Assembly (NCBI GenBank): GCA_046563655.1
Contig: CM102290.1
Span: 10,478,001-10,542,000 of the forward strand
DNA length: 64,000 nt
From: Yuukianura sp. NJ FZ-2021
Taxonomy: Eukaryota
Direction of reading: 5' to 3'
Part shown: in pieces, positions 10,112-25,100 of the stretch
How the letters are laid out: every line of letters begins with the position of its first letter
Position numbering within the stretch: the first letter of the stretch is position 1
Translations under genes and position numbers: made by a program
The notes under the pieces: model-generated
What the model was told of the DNA's origin: nothing
What the model saw: the letters and a program-made list of their open reading frames with translations, nothing else
The model's database searches: none

Positions 10112-13100
10112 TCAATGATGTGTTTCCTGGTAGTCAAACTGCTTGCGGGAAGATTCAAAATCAGGAAATGTGAACATGGAAGAGGCTGGGCAGGGTTCCG
10201 TCGTGTTGTTGCCGTCACCCGGTCCATGGGAGTGTAGATGGCACTGCGGTGTGGCAAAAACGACATCGGGTGAGTCGACTGGTGATTGGCCACAGTAGGT
10301 GTAGTGGGGCGAATTGAGACTGGGAACACCATATTCCGTCTGATGTGAAAATATAGGATAGGTGGGTTCAAAGTGGGTTAAGCGTACTTCTGCTCCACCA
10401 ACAGCCCCCGCCTCTGCCCCACCTCCTGATCCAGACCCACTACTACGTGATCCAAACTTTCGTTTCAAGTTGAAGCTCACGCGTTTCATCGAGTCTGAGC
10501 CTCCGCCGTTCATACGTCTCCCATTTCCAAACTCCCGGTTCTCTGTTGACCCCTGACCTTCTAGAAATGGATAGTGACCTTCTCCATCCACAGAGTTGCT
10601 ACCTTTGAGTTGCCTCTGCTTCAGTAACGCCGCTTCACGACAGCGCTCTTGTTCCATCAAAATTTCGTCCATCATGTCACCATTTTGACCTCCATTGACC
10701 TTGCCCTCGTGACACAGCAACGCTCCAATAACAGACACTTCGGGGTAGGTGCAACTGAAACTACGATGGTGGACTCCATTCCCGCTGGGTGCCTGTGGCT
10801 TCCCATTTTTCAAACTTCCATATTGGCGTTGGAGGCTGGTTCCACCGGGCTGATTTGATTGGCGGGAATTTTTGAGCCGGAGAAGCGGTGATTGGTCCTT
10901 TGACGTCACAAAGAAACTGGCGCGTGAACCAAGGCTACTAATCTCAGACAGTGTTTCCGGACTCGCCAGAGGAGCCATCCAGTCCTCGTACCTGATCGTT
11001 CCAAAAATTTCTTTGAAAGTACTGCCAGCATCGTCGCTGCAGCAGGAACTACTTGTGTAACCATTGTTCGATCGCTGTTCAGCAGTTGAGTAGGGGAAGG
11101 GCAAGCGAGGCGGGAGATTCGGATCTGTTCCGAATTGATGAAGTGACTCACGCTCCAAGTACTCATCTTGAAGGCTCGTCACGTAGTCCCAACTTAGGTT
11201 CAAAGACGATAGCACGTTGTGAAGACTCTCGGGATTGGTTGGAGTCAGGTCACCGTCGTCAATGACTCGGTCTGACTCGGCATCAGCATCAACGATCAGT
11301 GGACTTGGATTCATGAGGGTACAACTACTGCTACAAATACCGGTTGAGGATGATGGAGGTTTTGATGAGGAAGAGTAATTAGCAAAACTCGTTTCGATAC
11401 AAATCCGTTTTGGAGAATCCGATTTCCGTTTGCCGCCGGAATGAATCGGAGAAGTCGTTGTGTTCCGGATTTCGTCTGGAATGGATTCCTTGGACAGAAT
11501 CAAAGGGGAGACACTCGCTGTCAAATTTCGTTGTGGTTTGGCAGGTCCATGACTAGTGACAACCTAAAAGTTTACATGAAATCAAAATTTTGAATTTTTG
11601 AAACATGAAATATGTTTTTAGGAAATCGGTAGGGAAGCATAGAAATGTTCTAAACTTTTCATCTTTTCTCCAAGTTAGGTGTGATCTCAGTTAGCTCACA
11701 TGCGAAGGGTCAAAGGTCAATGAACTTACACGGTGAAGAGCACGCAGTACTTGATGCGGCATGTGATCTTCAATCATTCCAGGTGAAATCAGAACCTGGC
11801 CATAGTCTACATTCTCCGTCCAGAGAGCTTGGAAGACAGGTTCCTTTTTTAAGATGCGCCTGTGCACAATACAGGGATCAGGAAATGAAACATTGAACGG
11901 AAAAATGCATAATAAAACAAATATGTCACAATTTTTGGGAAATTTTAGTCCCTTTTTAGTGAAAACGTCAAAAATGAATGAATTTCATGCGATTCTTTTC
12001 TAGTGTTGGCCAACGTCATTGCGGTCACCGCAATGTTGACCTTGACCTTTGACATGAGAAAATCAAAAGAAATAAGAACAGGGGAGAGGGTATATTAGAT
12101 TATGGTTTTGGTGATGAGCATGTGCTCGTTTTTTTTTTTACAAATAAACGAAACTGAAAACGAACTTTTGCAACTTTTCATGCAGACGTGTAGTGTGTAT
12201 CTGCTGACGTCAATCAGTCAAAAACTCATGTTGAATTTTTGTTCTCAGTTTTTGGAAGAATTTTTTACAAATTGAGATCAGAATTTGAACACAAACTCAC
12301 CTCCAAACAGATTCGTATTTTATCCTGTCAACAACGAGTGGAAAGCGCAAAAATTCAAAAATTCTAAAATTATTTCCTTTTTCTATTGTCGATGAACTTT
12401 AAAAAAAAGTTTACGTTTCTTTAAACACAAAAAAAACTTTTTTTTTTTAAATTGAACACTGAATTATCGCTACGCTCATTTGCTCATTTGTCCGAATTTT
12501 ATGTAATGTCGATTCAGAGCTTGACTTTCAACATTTTTCCAAACCGATATTTTCAAAATTTGAAGAACCTTGATCTGAACCGACATCAACCTGGCTGCGT
12601 CCTATTCAAATTTTCAGAAAACTAAAGAAGCAGATTGAAAAAATTGAACGTACTCGTCTTTCTTCGGATGATGTCGTACGATGTGCATGATTCGACCGGG
12701 AGGATACAGTGGTTGGTGGACCGAGAGAGAAATGGCGCTTTCGTTTGGATTGATCGTCACTTCGCGCAAGTCTTTAAGAGAACGCCGGGATCGCATGAAT
12801 TCTTCACTTTGAATCGATGGCGCTGAACTCAAACGTTGTGGCAGGGCAAACTCGGGTTTGACGCAACAACAACATGCCATTCCCGACATGATAGTCTGCC
12901 ACTGGAAAGGTCAAAGGTCAAACGTAAGTTATTTAAGTGTTTCACACCATGGTAGCCTTAATAAAAAAAATGGCGGGAAAAGTTATAAACTTGTGATACC
13001 TTGGGTTTATTGCTTTTCTTCATGGCGTTAATTAAGTCCGCACGGAGAGCTTCCAGCTGCGACAATCCAATTCGGGGCACAAGGTCCTTACCAACGATTA

Positions 13101-16100
13101 CGGAAATCACAAAGTCCTTGGTGTACTCTACCACTGGCATACTAAAAAAACGAATTTCAGAGATTAAATGTCAGAGGTCAAAGGTCAAAAACATCAATCA
13201 CAAACATATCGTAAACCTGGAACAAAGTTTTCTTGAGTTAAGTTGCAAGTCGTAAACTGGAATCACCACAAAAGATATAAATCCGAATGAGATTCAATCA
13301 AACTCGGAAGAAGAAATTGTTATTTTGACAGAAAAAAAGGAGATGTCAAATGAAATGTCAACCTTTTTTGCATTGTCATTTGAACTGAGCTACAAAAATG
13401 GAAATTTTGATTGCCTTTATATTGATTAACCCTTTGATTAGTCAAAGTTTTGTTCATATTTTTCCGAAATTTTTGGGAAGCTTCTAAATTTTGGGCCATT
13501 TGCGATCATTATTGAAAAAACTTTCTCTCTTATTTTAAAACAACATGAAAAATTTTATCTTTTACTGCATCGGTTGTTAAAGTTGAAAAGACGAGCATCA
13601 GTTGAAACAAATATTTTTTCGAAATGTGTTTTCAATTAAAAAAAAAATGTTTTTCAACCGTTTGTTCTTCTGAAATGTCGACTACACACGGTTTTTCGCT
13701 CAACTGCACAATGTGTAAATATAAAGTTAGTGAAATTACTTTTCTGGGGTTTCTTCCTCAACTTTCTCTCTTCAATCACACTTTATGTGCAGAGAGTTTG
13801 TCAGAGGCTTTCAAAGTAAAATTTTACTTGGAAATTCTACCTGTTTCCACAAACTCAGTCTCAAAATTTCCAAGTCTTCGCTGTAGTGTTCAGAAGTGGA
13901 AATACTCAAAATACATTTCCGTGTGTAAACATCCTCTTTGAACCGCACAGTACTTCTGTACTCCTAACTTGTTTTTAGATTTACACTTCTTAGACATGCG
14001 ACGTATCTTGAGTACAAACAACCACGGATGTAATTTTTTAGAAAATTGAAAACCGAATTTAATTATTTACGTGAAAATCTCAAAAAAAGCTTCTTCCTTT
14101 TTTCTTTGTAAATAACTTGTGCAAAGTGCTGCCAACTGTCAGGGTGTAGGGTCGTTCACCTACGTTAAATTGAGTTATGACATAACCTAACAACTTAGAC
14201 GTTGAATAAAATTGAAGGCAAGCCATTTTTGGAAAAAAAATTGCAACTGAAAAATTACTTTCTTTTTAAACATAAAACGGAAAGTGAAAGTCACTCGGCG
14301 AATTTCCAATTCCCGCTTCTGAGCAAAGCTATTAAATTTTTCAATTGCAATTTCATAAAAGCGATGTTTTTTTTTCCTATTTTTGAAATTCGTATAGTAC
14401 CTTAGGAGGCCCCCTGGTGGTGAGAAAGCATAGCACTGCAGCGTAGGGTACGTTTCCTTGAGAAGAACTGCCAAGATCGCTGCTGTTCCAGCCCCAAGCG
14501 AGTGCCCAACTAAAACCAGGCGATAATTCAAAGTTCCGCGCTCCGGGGCTGCGTTGAAAGCTTTTTCGATAATCCCACCTTCCTGTAACTTTGATTTCAT
14601 GTACACGGCTGCTGCTACAATTCCCTAGAAAATTTAAATTTATACATTAAAGTGAACTTTCCCGCCAAAACTGTTTTTACAATGTCAACAGTATTTGGGT
14701 CCAACTCTTAGCTCGTCCAAGTCCAATCTTGGCGACAAAGCCAAAAATCGACCTCCGAAATCCCTTGAGTGCTGACACCACCACAGGGCCAAGACGACTT
14801 AGAGCTAAAAGCGTAAGGTTAGGATAGGCTCCAACTTAAAAAGTTCTTGCTCGCCTCCCTTTACGACGGATTTGAAATGGGAATTGGCGCGAGACGGAGG
14901 GGATTTTGAATTAAGGTTTTATTCTTTGTGGACTCACTTTATGGCCAATCCAATCTTCCTTCGGAGGATCAACTGGTAGAGCTTCTCCTTCTGCATTCAA
15001 GTCAGTGATCACGTCCTGCAGGGACCATAGCAATACAACCCATTGTTAAAGCCACACTATAAACTCTTAGGAATAAGTGACCAAGGACAACACAGCACTG
15101 TTTGTGCACAATTTGCACGATTTTTGTGCATCACTAGTTCATAATGTAAACAACTTGCGTACAACCTTCACTTTTAATATGATACAATGTAAATATTTGT
15201 ATAACCAGTGCCGAAGTCTACGTCTCTGCTTGTGCACAATTTACACGATTTTTATGCACAACTAGTGTAACATTACGAGTTATTCATATTATAATCTAAC
15301 TTAAATCCTACTTCTTTTCTCAACCTGCCTTTGGCAGGTGACTGTGAAACTAAAATAAACCGAAAAATTTCAAAAAAAAAAAAAAAAAAAAAGTGTAACA
15401 TTCTACAATTAGTGAACAATGTTCACGTTTTGATACAAATTGTACACAGTACGCTGGTTGTGCTATATTTGTTACATTTTATTATAATACGCTTGTTGTA
15501 TTATAATCACTCACAATACAGTCATGTTGTGAGCACCGAAGTTTTAATCGAAAATTTCGATTCCGTAAGCATACTGGTCATCCGACCCATTTCTGCTTGG
15601 ACAAATTCTAAAGTTTCATTTTTTTTAGAATGTAAGTTTTGGAGAGGCTGGAAGCCATAATTCAAACCTAAAACGTAGTGAATGAGGCACAGTGTCGCGA
15701 GTACTTTAATCTGGACGACAACGGCGCGCCAAAGTTTAAAAAGTTTTAGAGACCATTCCAGTCCCTTGCACTCCCGCCTTTCACAGACTCCCAAAGTTGG
15801 TCTCTTGCGGTAAAATTTCATGAGCTTCAAAAGTGTTTTTTCTACAGCCCGACTCGCTCCAACTTCGTTCATTTGAAGCCCAAATTTTGTTCTGGTTTCT
15901 CCAACTACCATTTCCCGCAATTCCCCTAAAAATTTTAAACGTTCCCCCCGGTAAATGAAATTCAAATTCGTCCGAGAGTTCTAAAAGATTCATTACATTT
16001 TCTACTCAAACGTGCCTATTTTTAATTACGACTTTAAAGGCATCAAGAGAAAGTGACTCGGAAATGGTATGAGAGCGGGAGCATTTCAAAATTCAAAAAA

Positions 16101-19100
16101 AAAACTTCCCGTTCCCGCCTCTGGTTCTCCTGAAAGGGGGGAGGAACCAGAGTTGAAAGTTAATTTCGGTTATTTACGAACCTTGAGTGAAAGCGTTCCG
16201 CGAATGGACACAACGATGGCTTCTTTTTTGTAGTCCACAACGACAAAGAATGGCGTTTCTCCGACTTCCACGTGATATGTCGCAAATACGACATCAAAAG
16301 TTCCCGGGTCAAAGGTCGCCGGGATCACTGCATAGTTGCAGTAGCAACAATTGTCTTCTGCTACAACCCCCTCCAAGTCCGAACCGCAACAACAACTGCA
16401 ACCAATCACAATTTTCATATTGCTGGTGCAACTTTGCACCAAATGCAACTCTGAAAATAAGTTGCGGCAAGGTTTACCGTAAATTTGAGCAAAGGCGGCA
16501 AACTCCACAGCCGTTAGGTAGAAGATACCACGGCCATCCGTAGGCCGCTGAAGCGTAGTGCATAAAATGGACCACGTTTTTAAAAATTTCCAAATCCGCG
16601 GGTTCGTTCATAGCTACAAATTTTGTTTTGGAAGTGATTGCCACTCCAGACAGGAACTCATACGTATTGTTTCGTTTCTGAAATTTGAAAAGACCCCAAA
16701 AAGTTCATGTCATAAAAATTTCAATTTCCTCTCAAACTTTTTCAAATTTCCTCTATAAATAGGCCAAAGGTCACGAACAACCTTCTTGGCCTCATTCCTT
16801 CTTCCCAATTAATTGAATCAGGAGTTGGGAACTACCGAAGTGGAACCACGAAAAGTGAAAGTCGAAAGTTCCTGCTCAAACTCTTAATTAAGTTTTTGCA
16901 CATTTTTTGAATTTCTACCTGCTTGACAATAGAGCATTGTTCGAGGCGTTGGAGACGACGCAGAAGTAGGAGAGCTACGACGACGTCGGAAGGTACAACG
17001 TCCAAGTCCCGGAAAAACTCGGACAGAAGCCTTGCCAAGTCGGCAAAAGAGTCCTAAAGGTCAAAGGTCAACGACCTCAGTTTTTTAAGTAAAAATAGTT
17101 GCTTTGAATTTATTAAGTTTTAAACGTCAGTGTTTACTCTGTTTCGGTCCGTTCGATGAATACAGCAAAAGAGAAGACGACATCGGTGGTCCCAACTGTC
17201 CTGATAGGCTCGGATTACTTTCCTGTTTGAACGAAAAAAAAATTTCAAAATTTGAAAAGAAATCAATTTAAAAGTTTTCCGCCACCCACTGTTATGCATA
17301 GCTGCTCTACTAGCAATATCTAGCTATTAGTAAAGCACGTGAACATAAAAAAGAAGTTTTTAATAATATTCTTCCAAGTTTGAATGCCATTTTCACTCAA
17401 TTTTCTTTGAAAACTTTTTTTCAAACAAGAGTTTTTGTTTTTTTCGATTTTTCAAAAAAGAAGAAGGGAAGTTTGAAAAATGATGCTTGATTTTCCAAAT
17501 GAAGAAAAATGTCACTTTGAATTAGGGAGAAAATGAGGTATGAAATTAATATTTTTTTCAACCTGTGCACATTTTTTCCAAATTTTCTTTGGAACAAGGT
17601 AAATTAGAAGAAGGAAGGAGAAAGTAATTGAGCCGTAATTTGATTTCCTTCTACTGTTTTTTTCTTAAAGACAGAAGCTGACGCCATAGATAGATCCAAT
17701 TTCTGGAAAAAAGTTCTGGAAGAGTGTTATACAACTTTGGAATCACCCATTTCTTTCACTAGCCCAATTGGAACGTAAAGTGAGAAGGGAAAGTGGAAGT
17801 CTCTAAAGCTCATGTAACAAAAATTAATGCGCGCGCACTCTTACGCTTAATTTTTTGCTTGAAAAAATGCAGTGAGCAGACAATAAAAAGCAAAAGGTCA
17901 GAGGGGTCATGCTACCTTTGTCTCCAGTTTCTGTTGTGGCGATTACTTCCTGAGCGCTTGTAGATCGATGGGTACTTTTGTTCAAATTCTTTCATGTTCG
18001 CCTGGTATCGTTTCATCTTCACCCACGAACGACCAGCGCCATCAAAAGTGCACCACCCAGTCACCAATACGGACAGAAACACGAACCATGTACAAATTAC
18101 CAATGCTGTAAAATTTCAAGAAAAAATTATACAATTGAATTTTGAGAAACAAAAGGTTGAGAAAATTGACTTTTAGTAAAGTAAACTGTTGACCAAATGA
18201 AATGCTTCGGAGAAAACCACAGAAAATTGAATTTGTTCAATTTAAGCGTTCAGGAAGATTGAATTCTTCCTTTGCTCCGGCGCAGTCAGTTTCAACCTTG
18301 AAGAAAGCAGTATGTCTATGTCTGAGCTTATGCTTTTTTTTTCAAAACTGGCGGGAATTAATAATTCAAAATCCTGGCAGAAGTGTGAAGAACTCTCAAT
18401 GTGTCTGCTGGTCTCCGGGAGACGTAAATAATTTTCCCCAACTTTCTCAAATGGCAAAATCTTGTTTACTAGTTTTTCTCCTTTTTTCCTGACGGAGGCT
18501 CTTCTGCGGAAATTGACAGATCACTTTCTCACTGTCTGCCGCCAACAACAAAACTTCGTCTGAACACTTTCATTTCACTGATCCAAATCCAAACCTATTC
18601 CTAACCTAATCCAGAAACATAACAACCTAACGTACAAAGAATAAAACTACGATTCAACTCTCACAAACTTTTTGGAAACTTTTTCCAGATCACCTTAAAC
18701 CCAAGTCTTAATTTCGTTTTAGCTTAACCTGACATAACGTAAGCTTCAACGACATTAACTAACTTTAGTTAACAAAATTTTGTCTTCAAATTTCTCACTA
18801 ACGGTGTAGTAGTACTTACCCAAAATAATTTGTTTGGTAGGTTCCAGAGTACAGGTCAAGTAGAAATGATGGATCCAAGCCACTGCAAAGCCTGTCCACG
18901 TGAGCTTTAAGATGAGAATGACTGAAAAGGGAATTTTGGAAGAAAAATTAAAATTTGTGTTTGAGGTGCTGAATTTTTTTAATGCAGAGCATTTTAGCCT
19001 ACGGTTGACACGTAGTTGCCATTGCCAATACAACTATAACGCGGGCTACCACATGTTTTATCATATGGTAGAGCGTTTTAAAAATGAAGTGAATCGGCGT

Positions 19101-22100
19101 CACTTTAGCAGGCATTTAAAACGATCTACGCTGTTTGAATATTGTGCCAAATTTTGAGCGAATGTGCTTACCAAGTAAGACGTAGATGAGGTATTGAGCA
19201 GGTTTTCTGGGACTATCGTCAAGAATTGAGCCACGAAGTGAGACGACCATAAGGAAAATGGTCATGATGAGGCCAATACTCAGCAGAACTACTGCACCGA
19301 CTAATTTATACAAAACGTACTTTCCACAAGTGACCTCAGACAACTTCTGCGTCACCTCTTCAAAGTCCAGCACAAGAGCCACGATCGACATAACCAAGCT
19401 GAAAATATTTCAGAAATGTATTAACCAAAAATAACACGACATCACCAAAAGTTGCACACGAGTTATCTAGCTCAGCCTATCAGCAACACAATTCACATAA
19501 TATAAAATAGATTTGCTAACAATTCTGGTGGCACTTTTTTTTGAATCTGCATAACATTAGGGCATTTTAACATTTTACGAAAGAAAAGCCACAAAAATGT
19601 ATACTCCAGGGACTCATTCGTGGAGGGGAAAGTTTCCAGCAGCTCTAAGTAATTTTTCGGTTTTATAAGAAAAATAAAATAAAATTTGAAAAGGAGAACC
19701 GTGTTTTTTTTTATGTCTTTGCTCATCTTCATCATTCTTTTTTGCAAAAATAAAATAAAATTTGAATCCAAGTGGCAAAGGAATCAGAATAACGATTTCT
19801 CAGAAGTCGTATCTTTTTGACTTTCACTCAAAATGCAAAAAGAAGGAGAAAGTGAAAAAGGTGGAAAAGATGAAAGGAAGAAATTTATATGTAGAGCTTC
19901 ATCTAACGTCCGGATTAAGCCGTTAGGTTTTTAGCTTTTCGTTAGGTTTGCATTTTCGTTAGGTTTTTAGGTTAGGAAAGCACTTTTCTCCTTTTTCCAT
20001 CAGCACATCGTTTGAAACGTAGTTGGCGCAGTAGACTACAACTACCGTAGTTGAAGTTAAGGGCTCAGGTACCATTGTACTAAAAAATGTTACCAAGAAA
20101 GCTGTTTTCACATTTGTGCATCAAAACATTTTGAACAAACATTTTTAAAAAGTACCCCACTTCCTCAAATACTTTAGTCGCACCCATACTATCCCTTTTT
20201 ATGTTGTGAGAACATGAAAAATTACATTTTACTTATATTAAAATGAAAAATGTTAAAAATTGGAAGCTTACATTTTCAAAAAAAATATTTGTTTTTTAAA
20301 ACTTTGAAATCGATTTCAAGTTCCCGCTTATACATTAGGGTTCAGTAGACTGACTACACTTTATTAGAAACCTAACCCAGGAAACTGCCGTCGCCGTGTA
20401 AGACCTTTGCCAAGATTAAATCCAGTAGATAATCCTTTGTAATTAGTTTGGCAATGCACCGTGAAGCGGGAGGATTCAAACATTTTTGTTTCTAGTTTAA
20501 AAATTGGCGGGATTTGTTTTCACTGAGAAGAAAATGTTCCATCCGTAGTGAGAAAAGTTATGTTTAGAAGAAAATTTAAAGTTGGTCGAAACGACGCTGC
20601 TGGAAAATAAAGTTAACTGGAAATTGAGAAACAAGATTTAGGATCCAAAACAACTTTTGAAACAAGTTTTTAGAACAAGTTTAGAAAATCCTGAGAGAAA
20701 GGAAGCCTCCGAGTGACATTTGAGCTTGAGCTCCCTAAGCGTGCCGAATAATGAAATTCCTAAATGCGTTCAAGCGTTAGGGGTTTTGGGATGTCGATAA
20801 GCCATTTCCTCCCTGGCGCTTTCCACTGGATCCACTTGACTGGATACACTTGATTCCCTCTACCTAATGTTTCTGTAAACAACCAACTGCATTGAACACA
20901 GCTTCATGTTTAGTCACTTCGGAGTTAGGTTAGGTTAGTTAGGTTAAGCATGTTACGCTAGGCTAACTTCTAAAGTCAACAACCCTGGAATCAATCAAAC
21001 AGCAGCGGAATTTCTACTCGTCGACTGAACGATGGCCAGCGTTATTTAAAAAATTGTCAAGGTCAAAATTCGCCTAGTTTAGTTAGGATAATTAGCAGAC
21101 CTGCCAAAAATATTTACTAAAAACCATCGAAATTTTTAAACAAATACAATATTTAGTGAGAAAGTCCGAAATATTCCCGAACTTAACATTAAGGGCATGG
21201 GTAAATAAATACATATTTAGTAACAAAAAGACCCGAAATACTGATTTTGTCAACATTACAGGCATAGAAACTAAATATTTTTGGCAGGTCTGATAATTAG
21301 GGTAATCCAAAGTAGCCTTTTGTTCGGTGATCAGAAAAATGTGGAATTTTTTGTACTTAATATATTAGCGTATTCAAAATTTTGGAACATGCCAATTGCT
21401 TGACTCTGTTGCAGAAAAGTTTTTCTTAGGTTAGTAAAGGTGGTAAAGTTAGTAACCTGGCAATCTGTGATAATCTTATGTTCAAGCCTTCCCTTTTGTG
21501 ATTAGGAATCAATTTACTTTGCAAAGAAGTCTTGAATTGGTTTTCAGATTAGGTTTCTGTTAGGTAAGATTACATTAGGGTAGTAGGAAATGTTGAAGTT
21601 AGGTTGGGATTAGGTTAGGACGGACATCTTAAGTTCTTCCACCTGTCCATTTCCCCAGGACAAGTGAAAACACTTCTCAAGTTTCACTTTCCTCAGAATT
21701 TATTTTTTCGACTTGAAAGTCTGTCTCCCAAGCCTAAAAAGTTCTAGAAGGACTCTAACTTTTAACTCACATAATAAGCTCATTTGTTAGGTTTAGGTTG
21801 TCTTCTATTAAAAAAAAGCTTTAAAAAGTTCTTTGATGCCAAAATTTTGAAAAAAGAGAAAACGGAAAACGCGACGAGTGAAAGTCGTGGTGAAAGCGAG
21901 AGTGTTGTGCTGCAAGTCTTTTAGACAAAGTTCAATGACAGAACAACTTAAAGAAGAAACTCCGATTTTCATCTTTTCACTTTTTACAAAGAACATGGCC
22001 TGAACACCCATGAACGGAAACCCAATGCCCGGGAGATTTCGTCAATCGTCAATCCTTTTTAGGATTCCGATCGAAGCACACATGTACATCAACTTATTAT

Positions 22101-25100
22101 TCATCTAGAAATGCCCGTCCAAACTCGTTCATAATACAATGTAACGTCTATTGGCATATTTTAGTATTACTATTGGAATTTTGGGACGTATGAGGCGAAT
22201 TCAGAACGTTCGTCAAACATTTCAAAGAAGCCGGCAATAGAACCTTGTTCAAAACAAAATTGCTATAGAAACAGCCGTCCATAAGTTTCCGTTCACAACT
22301 ATCCGAGATTAAGAGTATGAGTAGTACTCATGTAATACATCATACATGGCTGTCCGTCCATGTGGCCTGGCTATAAAACTAAACTTAAGGACAAGATTAC
22401 TGAGGCTTCACCAAGACATTCTCCATGACCAAATTTGTACATGAGCGACCGTCGATATGTATCCGTGCAAAAGCGTCGGGGACTTTACCAAAGAACGAAG
22501 CTAGGGAAAAGGTTTTTTTGGGGTGTACAATGGAGCGAACTGCACTGAAGCTGCCCAGCATCCTTCTACCTAAACGTCCTTCTCCACCAAATTTCGCTCC
22601 CCTTTGTAGGCGGCACAAGAGTTCTGTGCAGCACTGGATGCAGCAGACGAGATGAAGAAAACGGCGGCAGCAGTGGAGGGGCAGAATGTATCGATCCACC
22701 CAAGCCCCACCACCAACTTCCAAATCTTGAATATGACACACAGGGAACCCTCTTCTTCTTCCCGGAAGCAAAGCAATAGTGCAGAGAAAGTCAAGCGAAT
22801 GCTTTCCCCGTATACCCAATTCGATCCTAATACAAAATTCACTACCATCTATTCCAAAACTCAAGATGTTTCATCTTAAAAAAAATCTAAATTTCTCAAC
22901 CATTCAACCAAGATTGTGCAAATCAAAATTTGGTTTTTTTTTCCAAGCTTCACTATAAATTCCGATGCTACAAGTAAAGTCTGGCGTAAAAATTTCGACG
23001 CAACAAAACTTTAACAGAAAATTCGACGCCACGAAAAAAAATTCAACCGAAAATGCGACGATGCAAAAAGACGGCAAAATAGAAAGCTCCTTCTTTCCAT
23101 TGTTTTTGAAATAGCTTTAGGCAAAATTTTGAAAGCGGAAAAAAAATATGGAATGCAACAAATTTAGTAAAAGCTTTAGGCATTATTTTGAAAGCAAAAA
23201 ATTTGCGCGAAGAAGATGCGGCAGTAATGTTAGGTTAGGAAATGTTACAACCATGTTTTGAGAAAAGTGTTTGAAAACAATCGCCACTAGATGAAAGTAG
23301 GAAACGTAAGGAGTGGAGTGAGGACGATTACGGGTAGATTTTTGGAACAATATGAACCAATCATATCATTATTCTATTATTTATGATTTCTTTTCCGGAA
23401 CTAACGAGGCCGACAACAATATTCAATGCTAAACCGACCACTATATTACGATTTATATCGTTGATAAGTTCCTTTGAAGAGAAAATTATTTTAAAAAATA
23501 GGGCATGATTGCTAAAAAACCATTTTTTTCTTTGAAAATAAGTCAGTTTTTAGAAAACCGGATACAAAGAAATGGGAGTTGAGGTTTTCCGAACAAGAAA
23601 AGTCAAAATTGTTTCCTAAAATTTGATTTTTGCCGCTTCATGGACCACAAAAAAAATTAGACGGCTAAGATATGTTACATAGGAATGGTTATTCTTCAGG
23701 ACACGCAAAAGGAGATCATCAAAAAAGGAAATAGGCCAAATCGATGGCAATTTTTACCCCAATTTGTGTAATTTGTCATCCGAAGTTATAAAAGAAAAAC
23801 CCTAATCTAGCGTAACCACGAATATACTTCTAGGATAATTGATTAGGTTAACATTTGAGTTAGTTTAGGCCAACCTTAGTTAAAAATGCTCAGGAGCAGC
23901 CAATTGGTTCAAATGAATTGAAAAAATTAAAAAATTTTCCGCTTTCTACAAAATCCGGGGTTTTAGAAAGCTTTAAGCGCCATCTCAAACCCGGATTAGA
24001 ATTTCCATAAAAAACCTACGCCATTCAATATACAGATGCTTCTTTTTTTTATTTCTTTTCCTTTTTTTTAAAAAAAACAGAATGGAGGGAAAAACTTGAA
24101 AAGAGAGAGTTTGGCACCAAATTCAAGAAAAATGTATAATAATGTATAGGCGGATTTAATGGGATCAGATTCTCTGGTTTTGGATTTTTCGGACGAAGGG
24201 GAAAAGAGAAGCTTTCCCCGTTCGGTTTCCTTTCTAACTTTTTACAATACTCTCTCTGTTGTGTCTCAACACTTGTGGACGGAAAGTAATGGACGACTTC
24301 CGTCCGCGGACGGATACATGTAGACGTTTGGAGTACTAATCGATTTAACTGGTAGTAAATTTAAGGTTTAGGTTAGGTGACGCCATGGATGGTCATAAAA
24401 ATAAGAAACCATGTACAAATAAGAGCTGTCCGTGGACATATTAGTCCAGGAGTGTCTTTGAACTAGTTTTCTCCCCATCCCTTGACATTTTCCAAGTCAT
24501 TCAAGAAGTGGAAGCGGCAGATGAAGCTTTCTTCTACTGCAGTTACTTCCTTCATTTGAAATGGTAATCCAATATGGCCAGAATCCTCCAGTCATTGTGC
24601 TTTGCAGGGATGACGCTCTGCAGTTTCCAACAACAATACATAACTAACCTAACCCAACTCCTTGATTCGTGCAGAAGAGACAATTTGAAGGGAAATCGGT
24701 TGCCAAGTCCTGTTGTGGAATCTAGACTTTTAGAATTTAGACGCTCAAATGCTGATAACTTTTGTTCCAGTCTTTCGTATTTTGAATTCACTTCAAAAAA
24801 CTTTGTTTGAGAAATCAACCTCGAACAATAGAACGTTTGTAGATATTGAGTTACCGAGAAGTCTCGTTAGGCGATTTGATCAAGTTACCCGTCAGATTTC
24901 AAACATTTAAAACAACTTAAGTTCTTTTAATGAAATGAAATAAAATTTTGAATGAAATGAATGTGTTATTTCATTCAAAATTTTATAAGCTATGCAATTT
25001 CATCTATCTATTTTTTTAAACAACTTCCTCATTTCCATTCACAATTTTTACGACGCTGTTCATTTCGTTAAAAATTTTGCAAGTTATTTTTTTTTTTGCA

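Noticed and set aside
22397..22879. Overlapping ORFs inside DAGLA intron 1
   Set aside because: No recognisable domain or consistent splice pattern; possibly non-coding or UTR sequence.
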